Of a DNA stretch of 64,000 nt, positions 46,302 through 55,673 are shown piece by piece. This DNA comes from an uncultured bacterium. GTDB lineage: Bacteria > Patescibacteriota > Minisyncoccia > UBA6257 > 2-01-FULL-56-20. The stretch is from NCBI GenBank assembly GCA_963705915.1, contig OY970126.1, positions 232,306-296,305 of the forward strand, written 5' to 3'. Within the stretch, counting starts at the first letter, position 1, and each line of letters begins with the position of its first letter. The notes below the pieces were generated by a model, which was not told the DNA's origin, did no database searches, and saw nothing but the letters and a program-made list of their open reading frames with translations. Both the position numbers and the translations under genes were made by a program.

Positions 46302-46504
46302 GAAGATAACAAAAATATTTTTTCAACCGGCTGCTTAAAAAACCTGGCAATCTTAAGTGCGAGGAGGACCGATGGGACATAATTCCCTCTCTCGATGGCA
46401 ATGATCGTTTGCCGGCTTACCCCAATCTTTTCCGCAAGCTCTTCTTGGGTTATTTCTGCCGCCGTTCTCGCGTCGTGAACATGGTTGCGCACCCGTTCTT
46501 CCAT
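46298..46504 (-). CDS. XRE-family HTH transcriptional regulator
   Basis: TQEELAEKIGVSRQTIIAIERGNYVPS..LALKIA. Confidence 0.92.
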   Translation of the reverse strand: MEERVRNHVHDARTAAEITQEELAEKIGVSRQTIIAIERGNYVPSVLLALKIARFFKQPVEKIFLLSS

Positions 46505-46511
46505 AGATCCA

Positions 46512-46551
46512 ATGATATCGTCTTCGCAACCGATGTCAAGTTTACTTTACA
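46512..46551 (-). promoter_or_regulatory. leaderless promoter with overlapping palindromic operator for the XRE operon
   Basis: TTGACA-16 nt-TATCAT-7 nt-ATG; inverted repeat TGTAAAG-n4-CTTGACA covers the -35. Confidence 0.6.
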
Positions 46552-48197
46552 TCGCTCCCTGCTGACATTTCGGGCATACTCACATGAAAGGCGCTTCCCT
46601 TGCCTTCGCCGGGTGATTCAGCCCAAAGCTTGCCACCGTGGGCTTCGGTGATTTTGCGGGCAATATAGAGCCCGAGACCGGTGCCCAAGATTTGCTTTTT
46701 CACGCGCTCGTCACGGATAAATTCCTCGAAGAGATGCGGCGCAAGGTCCGACGAGAAACCGACGCCAGAATCGGAAACGGTCACCATCGCAACCGGCGGT
46801 TGGCCTGGGGTTTGTGAGGGCACTTCTTTTAGTTCGACGTGCACGAAGCCGCTCGGGGTGTATTTGATCGCATTGTCGGTAAGATTTTGAATAACCTGCT
46901 TCAGTTTTTCCGCATCGGCGTTCACGGGAATTTCTTTGTCTGGTGCAATAAGCGTGAATTCCAGCTTCTTCGTTTCAGCGAGGCCCTTGAGCAAGTCCAC
47001 GACGTCCGTCACGAGTTTTTTTAAATCGGTGCGGGCCATTTGATATTCCATCTTCCCTTCTTCAACTTTACGCATATCAAGCAACGTGTTTATCAGGCTG
47101 ATGAGGCTATTGGCTGATTCGCCCATCTTACCAACGGTTTCTTTCACTTTATCCGACACGGGGCCGTATGAGCCGCCGACGATGAGCGTGCCGAAGCCTT
47201 TGATCGCCGCAAGTGGTGAACGAATCTGATGCGACGCGAGCGAGAGGAGTTCCGATTTGAAGTGCGAAAGTTCTTCGAGTTGTTTGTTTGTAGCGTCGAG
47301 CTTGGCGTTCAGCCGCTCAAGTTCTTCACGTTGCTCGACTTCCCGCTGCACGCTTTGGATAAGTAAAATACCGAATGAAAGTACGAGGACAAAGACCGCG
47401 CTCTGGAATAAGATTTGCGCGAAGCCTTGGGCAAAAATTATTTCTGCGAACGTGGTGACGGCGAGGGTAAAAGTGAGCGCCTGTGCTGCAAAAACCTTAA
47501 TTTGTAAAAGATGATGCTTTATAACGGCGTACGTCGTAAACGCGATGAGCGGAAAAATGAATACGGCGCCAAGCGGCAAAAAGCGCGGCTCATTAAAGAA
47601 CGCGGGCAAAATGAAATTGAAAATGATATGGAGCGAAAACGTTATGATGGCACCAGCAAGGATAAGTCCGTAGGCAGCCCGATCGCCTTTTTCGGCATGG
47701 ATAAGTTTTTTTGTGAGGACGACGAATGAGCCGATGATGAGACCAAGTACAAAAATTCCAAAAATAACGATGCCAAATCCCGGCTGGGCAACGGAGACTT
47801 GCCCCGCCTTATTTATTTGGTCGACCCGCTCAAGTGCATACGGAGACAACGTGAAAAGCGAAACGAGGACCGTGGCAGGAACAAGGAAGCGCTTATACCA
47901 TTTTGGAAATTCGATTGATTCCGTCGGGAATACATAGAAAAATTGGAAAAGTGAAAAACAGTACCATACCGCGAAAAAGAGAATAAGCCTAAAAAGCCAG
48001 ATGATAACCTCCGGTGACCCCGATTGGTAACTAAGGTAATTGACGATGCTCCACGCAGATGCCGCGAGCGCGAGGAACAGAAAGCTAATATTCGAAATGC
48101 TTTTTCGTTTATTAAAATAGGCGATGAATCCGAGAATTGCATTCGCGGCGAAAGCAACGGCGACAGATAAAAGATCAACATTAACAAAGGAGTTCAT
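46542..48197 (-). CDS. sensor histidine kinase with N-terminal 7TM-type membrane domain
   Basis: About 9 TM segments; H-box ASHQIRSPL, N-box NLTDNAIKYT, G1 DSGVG, G2 GTGLGL. Confidence 0.9.
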   Translation of the reverse strand: MNSFVNVDLLSVAVAFAANAILGFIAYFNKRKSISNISFLFLALAASAWSIVNYLSYQSGSPEVIIWLFRLILFFAVWYCFSLFQFFYVFPTESIEFPKWYKRFLVPATVLVSLFTLSPYALERVDQINKAGQVSVAQPGFGIVIFGIFVLGLIIGSFVVLTKKLIHAEKGDRAAYGLILAGAIITFSLHIIFNFILPAFFNEPRFLPLGAVFIFPLIAFTTYAVIKHHLLQIKVFAAQALTFTLAVTTFAEIIFAQGFAQILFQSAVFVLVLSFGILLIQSVQREVEQREELERLNAKLDATNKQLEELSHFKSELLSLASHQIRSPLAAIKGFGTLIVGGSYGPVSDKVKETVGKMGESANSLISLINTLLDMRKVEEGKMEYQMARTDLKKLVTDVVDLLKGLAETKKLEFTLIAPDKEIPVNADAEKLKQVIQNLTDNAIKYTPSGFVHVELKEVPSQTPGQPPVAMVTVSDSGVGFSSDLAPHLFEEFIRDERVKKQILGTGLGLYIARKITEAHGGKLWAESPGEGKGSAFHVSMPEMSAGSDVK

Positions 48198-48203
48198 GTC
48201 GGG

Positions 48204-49271
48204 CTAGGTATACGTGATATCTGGTGGAAGCCTGAGCGATTGCCACGCAAGCGGCTTACCCTTGCCGACGCGCATGAGAAATACCATTGTGTCGCCTCCG
48301 ATACCCGCGATCTCTTTAATAGCCGCATGCGAAGCGTTTATGGTATCGACTTGTTTCGCTGAAAAATCTTGTGCTTCGTTTCTTAAAATTCGCTGCTCAA
48401 AGAAAAGAATCGCGCTGATCGGTTGCACGTCATAGCCAAGCCTATTAGCGGTAAGCCAAAATCGTTGGACCATGCTGCCTCCCTTAAGAAAATCAACCTT
48501 CGTGTTCCCTGGCATGGTGAATATCGCGATACCCGAAACATTCGCATAAAGTTTCACATTGCCTTGAGCGGCGATCTTTGGGAAACCGATGGCACGGAAG
48601 AAATGCAGAAATCCATGGCTTCGGAGTAATTTGAATGTTGCTTCCTGCGGCCCAGCGAGCCCCAGCTCTTTCACGTAAAAACCGCTTTTATGTTCTTCGG
48701 CTTCTTTCGTCGACCAATAAATATGCCCGAATAAAAAGTCGTGAATCTTATCACTCTCAAAGAGAAGCCGATCACCGTAACTAAGCGCTTTGGCAATGTG
48801 CTCCTTTTGGGTTTTATCTTCTATGAGCTTTATCTTCCCGCCGTATGAAAATTCATTCGCCACGCCAAGTAGTGCTTTCCGTTCGTCCTCAGAAAACGTC
48901 GCAGCGCCATTATAATGCGTGCGATTCGATACCCGCTTGGGGATGACATCCATCAATGGATCTGCACTTACCCCATCTTCTTTTTTAAACGTGATATTTG
49001 CGACATGATTTTCATCTGTTTGCGACGGAAAGAATGTCGGCTCCGCCGCGTATTGGAACGCAGAGGCAGCAATCATAATATTCTCAATGAGCGCTCCATG
49101 AGCCACAAAAGAGCCGAGCTGGTCGATATTATAGAGCGACCTGTCCCGATCCGGGAGATTATAGATGGAAAGCATATCGCCGCTCATCACGAACCGCCAC
49201 GGTTGGGAATTTTCTCCTGATGGCGCCCTCACGCCGGCCTCTAAAATTTTTTCAATCGTGTTTCGATCCAT
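48204..49271 (-). CDS. Acg/TyzC-like nitroreductase-superfamily flavoprotein
   Basis: RAPSGENSQPWRF, GALIEN, RVSNR, G..VQRFWLTA..LG..VQP. Confidence 0.8.
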   Translation of the reverse strand: MDRNTIEKILEAGVRAPSGENSQPWRFVMSGDMLSIYNLPDRDRSLYNIDQLGSFVAHGALIENIMIAASAFQYAAEPTFFPSQTDENHVANITFKKEDGVSADPLMDVIPKRVSNRTHYNGAATFSEDERKALLGVANEFSYGGKIKLIEDKTQKEHIAKALSYGDRLLFESDKIHDFLFGHIYWSTKEAEEHKSGFYVKELGLAGPQEATFKLLRSHGFLHFFRAIGFPKIAAQGNVKLYANVSGIAIFTMPGNTKVDFLKGGSMVQRFWLTANRLGYDVQPISAILFFEQRILRNEAQDFSAKQVDTINASHAAIKEIAGIGGDTMVFLMRVGKGKPLAWQSLRLPPDITYT

Positions 49272-49277
49272 GCGTGG

Positions 49278-50465
49278 CTATAGCCCAAACATTTTTCGGA
49301 ACGAATCCGCAATGTCGGTGCGTTCTTTTACGGCCGCCGGTGAGTTGTAGTCAGGAATAAGTTTTTCATCGAGCGAGACGAGGGCGCGATTCGATTCTAT
49401 CGGTTGGCCGTTCACAATTTTCCGGACACAGTATGCCACCGCAGCACCATTCAGCCACGCGGCGCCTCCAAGTTGTGGCCAAGAAACGATCGTTTTACCC
49501 ATCTCGAGGAGCGACTGCTGCATACGCGGCGTAATATTTTCAGGCCCGATATGTTTCGTGATTGTCTTCCCGATGCCAAATTTATCAAGGGACGTGAGTT
49601 CTTTGTAGGTTACATTGCCAAGGCGCCCTTGGAAAAAGGGCAAATTCGGGTCGAGGTCGTAGCGCTCCACATCGACGACGGCATTATCACCATTGTCTGC
49701 GGCCATCACGAGCGGCAGTTTATACTTCTTGGCATACTCACGAATGAGATACTTCACGCCGAGACTGTCCAATTCATCGATTACAATGTCGAGCTTCGGC
49801 GGTCCGGCAAAAAACTTTTCCAAGTTTTCTTTGGTGAGCCCCTCGGAAAAAAGTTCGATTTCCGCGTAGGGGTTTAGTTCATAAATCTGCCGAGCGGTCA
49901 TCTCGGTCTTCTGAAGCCCAAGGTTTTGCACGCCGGCACGAATGCGATTGATGTTCGTGAGAGCAAGCCGATCAAAGTCAGCAATGCGAAAATGCTTTCC
50001 GCCTCCCTGCTGAACGATAGATAAAACAACATTATTGCCAACGCTCAAACCACCGATGCCGATGACGGCGTTATAAAATTTTTCCTGCTCCTCGGCGTTG
50101 ATAAGATTCTTATTTCTCGCCGTTCGGACTTTTTGAAAATCGGCGTCTTCGAGAACGTGTACGAGCGATGAAAGCCATGGATAAAATATCCAACGGCCTT
50201 GCCGCGTAAACGGCTTTTGTTTTTTGAGGTCCTCAAGATATGCCTCGGTTTTCTCTTTAAATCCTGGCGCGTAGACCATCGAGGGGTTATTGATGGCAAA
50301 CAGTTCACGAAGCTGTTCTTCGTAATCGTCTCCGACGCTTTGTATGATATTCGAAGCGAAAAGTTCGGCCGCTCGAACACCATCTTTTTCTTGATTCAAA
50401 TCCAAGATCTCCGGTTTTGAAACACTCTGCTTAGCGGTTAATTTGTTCTGAAGATCGTCATTCAT
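49278..50465 (-). CDS. ThiF-family adenylyltransferase (Rv1355c/OxzB-like)
   Basis: WIFYPW, RNKNLI..EQ, GIGGLSVG, IADFD.L.LTNINR, SWPQL; no MoeB-type Zn CxxC motifs. Confidence 0.82.
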   Translation of the reverse strand: MNDDLQNKLTAKQSVSKPEILDLNQEKDGVRAAELFASNIIQSVGDDYEEQLRELFAINNPSMVYAPGFKEKTEAYLEDLKKQKPFTRQGRWIFYPWLSSLVHVLEDADFQKVRTARNKNLINAEEQEKFYNAVIGIGGLSVGNNVVLSIVQQGGGKHFRIADFDRLALTNINRIRAGVQNLGLQKTEMTARQIYELNPYAEIELFSEGLTKENLEKFFAGPPKLDIVIDELDSLGVKYLIREYAKKYKLPLVMAADNGDNAVVDVERYDLDPNLPFFQGRLGNVTYKELTSLDKFGIGKTITKHIGPENITPRMQQSLLEMGKTIVSWPQLGGAAWLNGAAVAYCVRKIVNGQPIESNRALVSLDEKLIPDYNSPAAVKERTDIADSFRKMFGL

Positions 50466-50486
50466 GGTGTTATTGGTATAGATTCA

Positions 50487-51992
50487 TTATAGTGTGCTTG
50501 GCTTCAAAACCCATTTTTGTTTGATGCCAGGCTTAAAATACGTGGGCGTTTCATAACCCCATAGTACGACGACCGGCGTCACTTTATGCGGGATAGCGTT
50601 GTGATTATTCCTGTATTCCGCATTGCGTTTTATGAGTGATTCAACGATATGGTGTTGCACTCTTTTCTCAAGCGCTTTCGACATTTTTATATTGCGCTTG
50701 GTCTCGACATCGATCTCGAGATATTCATCTTGCTTCTTATTAAACTTTGTTATCATAGTGAACTTTCCGGTCACGAATGGCCGAAGCGATTTATGCGCCA
50801 AGCCCTCACGGACATGCTCCGGATAGATGATCGCTCCGTAAAGTTTTGCGGAGAAATCACTCCGCTCATATACATACACAAAGGGCATTTCGGTGAGCGG
50901 TGCGTTCACGTGACGCAATTCTTTTTCTATTGAAATATCATGAAGCGCCATATTCTCTCTGGCTTCAATCATTGAGAATACCCCCCCATTATCGCCCAAA
51001 GCGTATCGCACGAGCGGCAAGGCATTATCCCCGGTAAGCATGATCTCGCCATCGGGAGCCTCGAATGTCGCGAACAGTGGATTATATTGCGCAACGGTCG
51101 GCGTTTTTGCGATATTCGAAAAAAACGTCTTAAAGAGATGCGGATTCGCGAGTGTAAGTCTGCGGACGAGAATGCTCGTCGGTGTTTCGAACGCCATCGC
51201 GCCGAGGTCTGCGGTGCCATAAATATTTAGTGTGTCCCGATATATATTTTTTATACCGGTTTCCTTCGCGAGATAGTCTCGAAAGGGCTCAGTGAATGCT
51301 TCTGCGGCGAAAAGTAATCTCATGTGTAATTTCTTGAGGTCGATCCCCTCCGCTATCGCTTCTTCCAGGACGTCTTTCACGAAAGGCGGATAACCAATCA
51401 GCACCGTTTGTCCGAATCGCGGAGCAAGAGACCGTAGCGCGTGAAAAATTTCTCCTTTATTGATGCCCGGGGTGATTACGGAAACAACGTGTTTCATCCG
51501 GTGACTCGCGATCTCAAACGCTTTGTAGGTCAAAACGCCTCCGATCCAAACGCCCATCCCAAACCCCACGATCACAAGCGTTGATTTTTCGCTGCCCCGC
51601 GAACTATTTTTCAAAAACATTTCTGCGAGCACCGAATATTGTTCATCCAACTGTTCGGTTCGCGGAAAATAAAAGGGTGCGCCCGTCGATCCGGATGTAG
51701 ACGTCCACACGATCCCGTTTCCTAATGTACCTCCCCAGACTAGCTTGTCCGGAGGATATTGTCGCAAATAGTTTTTCCTATCTACCGGCGGGACAAGCTG
51801 AAAATCTTTAAAAGTCTTGATCTTTCCTGACGCGATTTTGTGTTTTTTTAAGAAATCTTTATATGCCGGTACGCCATGGGCTGCCCGGTGAAAAAGATCG
51901 AGCGCCCGATGCTCGCGAGTTTTATCCCAAAATGCGGCTTTCTCACGCCTTACCTTATCCAAGACGCCCTCAATGGAACGATCATTATTCAT
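50487..51992 (-). CDS. phenylacetate-CoA ligase (PaaK)-like adenylate-forming enzyme
   Basis: TSGSTG, GYPPF, IYGTAD, LVRY.LGD, ERSD..K.YG..IYP, terminal Lys (GIKQK). Confidence 0.82.
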   Translation of the reverse strand: MNNDRSIEGVLDKVRREKAAFWDKTREHRALDLFHRAAHGVPAYKDFLKKHKIASGKIKTFKDFQLVPPVDRKNYLRQYPPDKLVWGGTLGNGIVWTSTSGSTGAPFYFPRTEQLDEQYSVLAEMFLKNSSRGSEKSTLVIVGFGMGVWIGGVLTYKAFEIASHRMKHVVSVITPGINKGEIFHALRSLAPRFGQTVLIGYPPFVKDVLEEAIAEGIDLKKLHMRLLFAAEAFTEPFRDYLAKETGIKNIYRDTLNIYGTADLGAMAFETPTSILVRRLTLANPHLFKTFFSNIAKTPTVAQYNPLFATFEAPDGEIMLTGDNALPLVRYALGDNGGVFSMIEARENMALHDISIEKELRHVNAPLTEMPFVYVYERSDFSAKLYGAIIYPEHVREGLAHKSLRPFVTGKFTMITKFNKKQDEYLEIDVETKRNIKMSKALEKRVQHHIVESLIKRNAEYRNNHNAIPHKVTPVVVLWGYETPTYFKPGIKQKWVLKPSTL

Positions 51993-52049
51993 CGCATGTA
52001 ATGGGGATTTACTAACATTATAGCACGAACGAAGCGCAAAACTTGATTT

Positions 52050-53108
52050 TTATTTCTTATTCTTTCTTCCCTTCAAAAATATATTCTCGGCAAGCTGGTC
52101 TGCTACTTCGTTCATCGATTTCTTCTTTTCTTTCGAAAGCGCAATGATCGTGCTCACGGTCTCGCGGATCTGTAAAACTTTTTCGCGCACGCGCTCTTTG
52201 GAATATCCTTTTTTATCCAATTCAGAGACGACGTCGATCAACCCACCGGCATTCGCGACATAATCGGGCACATAGAGAATGCCGAGTCGTTGAAGGACGC
52301 GGCCGTACGAACTTGATTTAAGCTGATTATTCGATCCACCGCAAATGATGCTACAGCGAAATTGGTCGATCGTGCGCTCATCAATTTCCGTACCGAGCGC
52401 ATTCGGGCTATAGACGTCCACTTTTTGTTTGTGGATCTCTTTCGGGCTCACAAATTTTATGCCTTTTATCTTTCGCCGTGCCGCACTCATAGCCTCTTCG
52501 CGAATATCACTTGCGATGATTTTCCCACCATGACGATCGACGAGAATGGCGACCTCCATGCCAACTTTACCGAGGCCTCGTATGGCGACGCTTCGATTCC
52601 GAAGTTCGTCGCTCCCAAAAACTTCTTTGAGCGCCGCCTGGAGTGCCTGAAAAACACCGAGTGCGGCCCACGGGCTCGGATCCCCTCCTAGGCGTTTTCG
52701 CCCAATAATATAAGGTGAATATTTGGCGAGCTGGTTCGCGTCGTTTTGATCGACACCGACGTCTTCGCCCGTGAAAAACCCTCCGTGAAATAAATTGATT
52801 CGGCGCGCATAAGCTGCTAAAAACTTTTTATTTTTTAAATTCTGATGGTTGCCGATGATGACCGCTTTTCCCCCGCCATATGGAAGCCCAGCGAGCGCAC
52901 ACTTATACGTCATGGCACGCGAAAGCCGCAATGCGTCTTTGAGCGCTTCCTGCTCGGAGCCGTAGTGCCAATATCGCGTACCGCCGGTAGCCGGACCAAG
53001 ATTGGTGTTATGGATACAGATATACCCTCGCAAGCCGACGCTCTCGTCTGCAATATATGAGACAAGCTCGTGATTATCAAACTCCGGAAGGTCGACGAAA
53101 TTTTCCAT
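52050..53108 (-). CDS. Glu/Leu/Phe/Val dehydrogenase (Leu/Phe type)
   Basis: GPATGGTR, MTYKC..GGGKAVI, GEDVG, GLGKVG, PDYVANAGGLI. Confidence 0.88.
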   Translation of the reverse strand: MENFVDLPEFDNHELVSYIADESVGLRGYICIHNTNLGPATGGTRYWHYGSEQEALKDALRLSRAMTYKCALAGLPYGGGKAVIIGNHQNLKNKKFLAAYARRINLFHGGFFTGEDVGVDQNDANQLAKYSPYIIGRKRLGGDPSPWAALGVFQALQAALKEVFGSDELRNRSVAIRGLGKVGMEVAILVDRHGGKIIASDIREEAMSAARRKIKGIKFVSPKEIHKQKVDVYSPNALGTEIDERTIDQFRCSIICGGSNNQLKSSSYGRVLQRLGILYVPDYVANAGGLIDVVSELDKKGYSKERVREKVLQIRETVSTIIALSKEKKKSMNEVADQLAENIFLKGRKNKK

Positions 53109-53110
53109 GA

Positions 53111-53497
53111 CTACATGAGGCTTTTGACACGTTCGGCGAGACGACCAATATCGTCGGTTTTACTAAGAATCGTGACGGGGCCAACGTGCTGCATCATCAT
53201 AGTTCGATCGTCGCGAAATTCAAGCCATGGATCTCGGAGGCTCGTAAAAAGCGCGAAATGGATATCACGGGTCTTTGCGTCCTTGCGAAGTGCGAGCGCC
53301 AAGTCCCAACCATTGGGCCCAGGCGGCATGTAGACATCACTCAAGACCATATCGGGACTTACGGAAGCTATAGCATCGAGCGCTTCGGGAACGCTATGGG
53401 CCTTTACGACATCAAAGTCGCCAGCAAGCTGGGTTGAAGCGATTTCGAGAAATGCATCTTCATCGTCCACGATCACTATGAGCGGCTTCGATCTCAT
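53111..53497 (-). CDS. single-domain response regulator receiver
   Basis: VDDED, phosphoacceptor SDVYMP..NG, conserved T/S and K. Confidence 0.85.
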   Translation of the reverse strand: MRSKPLIVIVDDEDAFLEIASTQLAGDFDVVKAHSVPEALDAIASVSPDMVLSDVYMPPGPNGWDLALALRKDAKTRDIHFALFTSLRDPWLEFRDDRTMMMQHVGPVTILSKTDDIGRLAERVKSLM

Positions 53498-53540
53498 GCA
53501 TTCATTATAACAATAGGGCCTTATTTGCGTATATCTTTAT

Positions 53541-53693
53541 ATGCTTGTAACCATTGCTGTGATTTTATTAATCTTGTGGGTCCTGGGCCTCGTGACATCC
53601 TATACGATCGGTGGTTTCATCTATATCCTCCTGGTCGTCGCGATCATCCTATTTCTTATCAGGATCATCCAAGGGAAAAACCCGGTCCAATAA
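53541..53693 (+). CDS. lmo0937-family small membrane protein (50 aa; below the ORF-track cutoff)
   Basis: MLVTIAVILLILWVLGLVTSYTIGGFIYILLVVAIILFLIRIIQGKNPVQ. Confidence 0.85.
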   Translation: MLVTIAVILLILWVLGLVTSYTIGGFIYILLVVAIILFLIRIIQGKNPVQ

Positions 53694-53705
53694 AACGTGG
53701 GGTAC

Positions 53706-53737
53706 AAAAACAGCGCTTTTTACTAAGCGCTGTTTTT
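53706..53737. terminator. bidirectional terminator-like hairpin
   Basis: AAAAACAGCGCTT...AAGCGCTGTTTTT between convergent genes. Confidence 0.55.
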
Positions 53738-55555
53738 ATTTGCTCGCTTGCGATCGTTGTCGGTGAGATATTTTTTCCGGATACGGACGTTCTGCGGCGT
53801 CACTTCTACCAGTTCATCATCGCCAATATAATCGAGGGCATCCTCAAGTGAAAGTGTGAGTGGTGTTTCGAGCTGATCGGCCAAACCTTCGTTTTTCGCG
53901 CGGAAGTTCGTGAGCTGTTTCTCGCGCGCAACGTGCACCATGACGTCGCCGTCTTTTGCGTTTTGCCCGACGACCATCCCTTCGTAAACCTCAATGCCGG
54001 GTCCGATGAAAAGCGTACCGCGTCCTTGGGCTGTCACCAAGCCGTAGTTGTTGGATTTTCCCGACTGCGTGGCAACGATGGAGCCGAACGGAAGCGCCGT
54101 GATGTCTCCCTTGTATGGTTCATAGCCCAAGAAAATGCTGTTCATGATGCCGGTGCCCTTCGTTGCCGTGAGAAATTTATTGCGGATACCAATAAGGCCG
54201 CGTGTCGGGACGTCGAAGTCCATAAACGCGATTTTCTTGTCGTCGACTTTCATATTCTTCATCAAGCCGAGGCGCTTGCCGAGCATTTCAATTACCGTGC
54301 CGGAATAGGCTTCGGGCACTTCAATCGAAACGAGTTCAATCGGTTCAAGTTTTTTACCGTTCTCTTCCTTGAAAATAACCTGCGGCTTTGAAACCTCCAC
54401 TTCGTATCCTTCGCGACGCATTTTTTCGATGAGAATTGAAAGGTGTAATTCGCCGCGTCCTGCAACAATCCATTTATCGGTTGTGTCGGTTGGCGTAACC
54501 TTCAACGCAACGTCAGTTTCCAGTTCATGATCCAATCGCTCCTTTATGTTGCGCGACGTAGTAAATTTTCCTTCGCGCCCACGAAATGGCGAGGTATTCA
54601 CCGCAAATGTCATCTTGATCGTTGGCTCGTCAATTTCAATGGTTGGCAAAGGTTTTGGATCGTCAGGGTCAGTAATAGTTTCGCCGATGGTAATATCTGG
54701 GATACCCGCGATAGCAACGATGTCGCCGGCATACGCCTCTTCAACGTCCACGCGGCCAAGACCATCGAACACCATCACCGATGTGATCTGCTCTTTTTTG
54801 ATTGCTCCATCGCGTGTGATATGCGCCACGGTCGCCGCTTTCTTTAATGTGCCAGCGTACAAACGGCCAACGCCAAGTTTGCCTTTGTAATTGTCCGGTG
54901 CCAAATTAACCGTCAAAAACTGGAGCGTCGTTATCTCGCTCCCGTCGGCATTCTTTGGAATTTGAGGGGCGGGAATATGCTTGATAATCTCGTCGAAAAT
55001 CGGCACGATGTCTTTCATCTCGCTCAAGTTTTTATTCAGCCCGGCTTTTCCTTCGCGCGCGGCGGCATAAATTACCGGGAACTCGATTTGCGCTTCCGTT
55101 GCGTCGAGCTCAAAAAACAAATCATACGTGGCGTTGAGTGCCCATTCAGGCCGTGCGTCAGGCTTATCAATTTTATTGATCACGACGACAATTTTGTGTC
55201 CCGCCTGGATCGCCTTCCGCAAAACAAATTTTGTCTGCGGCATCGGCCCTTCCTTTGCGTCGACGAGCAGGAGAACTCCGTCAACCATGCGCATAATACG
55301 TTCAACTTCGCCGCCAAAGTCAGCGTGGCCCGGCGTGTCCACAATATTTATCTTCGTGTCGTGATAGATGACGGCGGCATTTTTTGAAAAAATAGTTATG
55401 CCGCGCTCCCTCTCAAGCTCGTTTGAATCCATGATAAGTTCGCTCTGCGCCCCGGTTTTTAACTTAAAGCTCGCCGACTGCTTGAGGAGCGCGTCGACGA
55501 GGGTGGTTTTGCCGTGGTCTACGTGGGCAATGATAGCGATGTTTCGAATGTCCAT
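53723..55555 (-). CDS. typA: translational GTPase TypA/BipA
   Basis: IRNIAIIAHVDHGKTTL, DTPGHADFGGEVER, GRGELHL, DDELVEVTP. Confidence 0.96.
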   Translation of the reverse strand: MDIRNIAIIAHVDHGKTTLVDALLKQSASFKLKTGAQSELIMDSNELERERGITIFSKNAAVIYHDTKINIVDTPGHADFGGEVERIMRMVDGVLLLVDAKEGPMPQTKFVLRKAIQAGHKIVVVINKIDKPDARPEWALNATYDLFFELDATEAQIEFPVIYAAAREGKAGLNKNLSEMKDIVPIFDEIIKHIPAPQIPKNADGSEITTLQFLTVNLAPDNYKGKLGVGRLYAGTLKKAATVAHITRDGAIKKEQITSVMVFDGLGRVDVEEAYAGDIVAIAGIPDITIGETITDPDDPKPLPTIEIDEPTIKMTFAVNTSPFRGREGKFTTSRNIKERLDHELETDVALKVTPTDTTDKWIVAGRGELHLSILIEKMRREGYEVEVSKPQVIFKEENGKKLEPIELVSIEVPEAYSGTVIEMLGKRLGLMKNMKVDDKKIAFMDFDVPTRGLIGIRNKFLTATKGTGIMNSIFLGYEPYKGDITALPFGSIVATQSGKSNNYGLVTAQGRGTLFIGPGIEVYEGMVVGQNAKDGDVMVHVAREKQLTNFRAKNEGLADQLETPLTLSLEDALDYIGDDELVEVTPQNVRIRKKYLTDNDRKRANKNSA

Positions 55556-55673
55556 TTTTATTGAATAAAATCCGCGCCTCATGGCACGGCCTCCTACGAG
55601 CAATTATTATAGTAAAATCAAGGCGAAAGAGCAAGTTTGATGATATCCGACTATCTGCCTGTATAATAAAGAC

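Noticed and set aside
49278-50465. ThiF/MoeB of thiamine or molybdopterin synthesis, an E1 of a ubiquitin-like defence system, or a RiPP cyclodehydratase
   Set aside because: No Zn-binding CxxC pairs, and no ThiS/MoaD, E2/JAB, YcaO or precursor peptide nearby. The motifs match the Rv1355c/OxzB-like group.
50487-51992. Phenylacetate catabolism (paa) pathway
   Set aside because: No paaABCDE, paaG or paaZ genes; the context points to biosynthesis or signalling.
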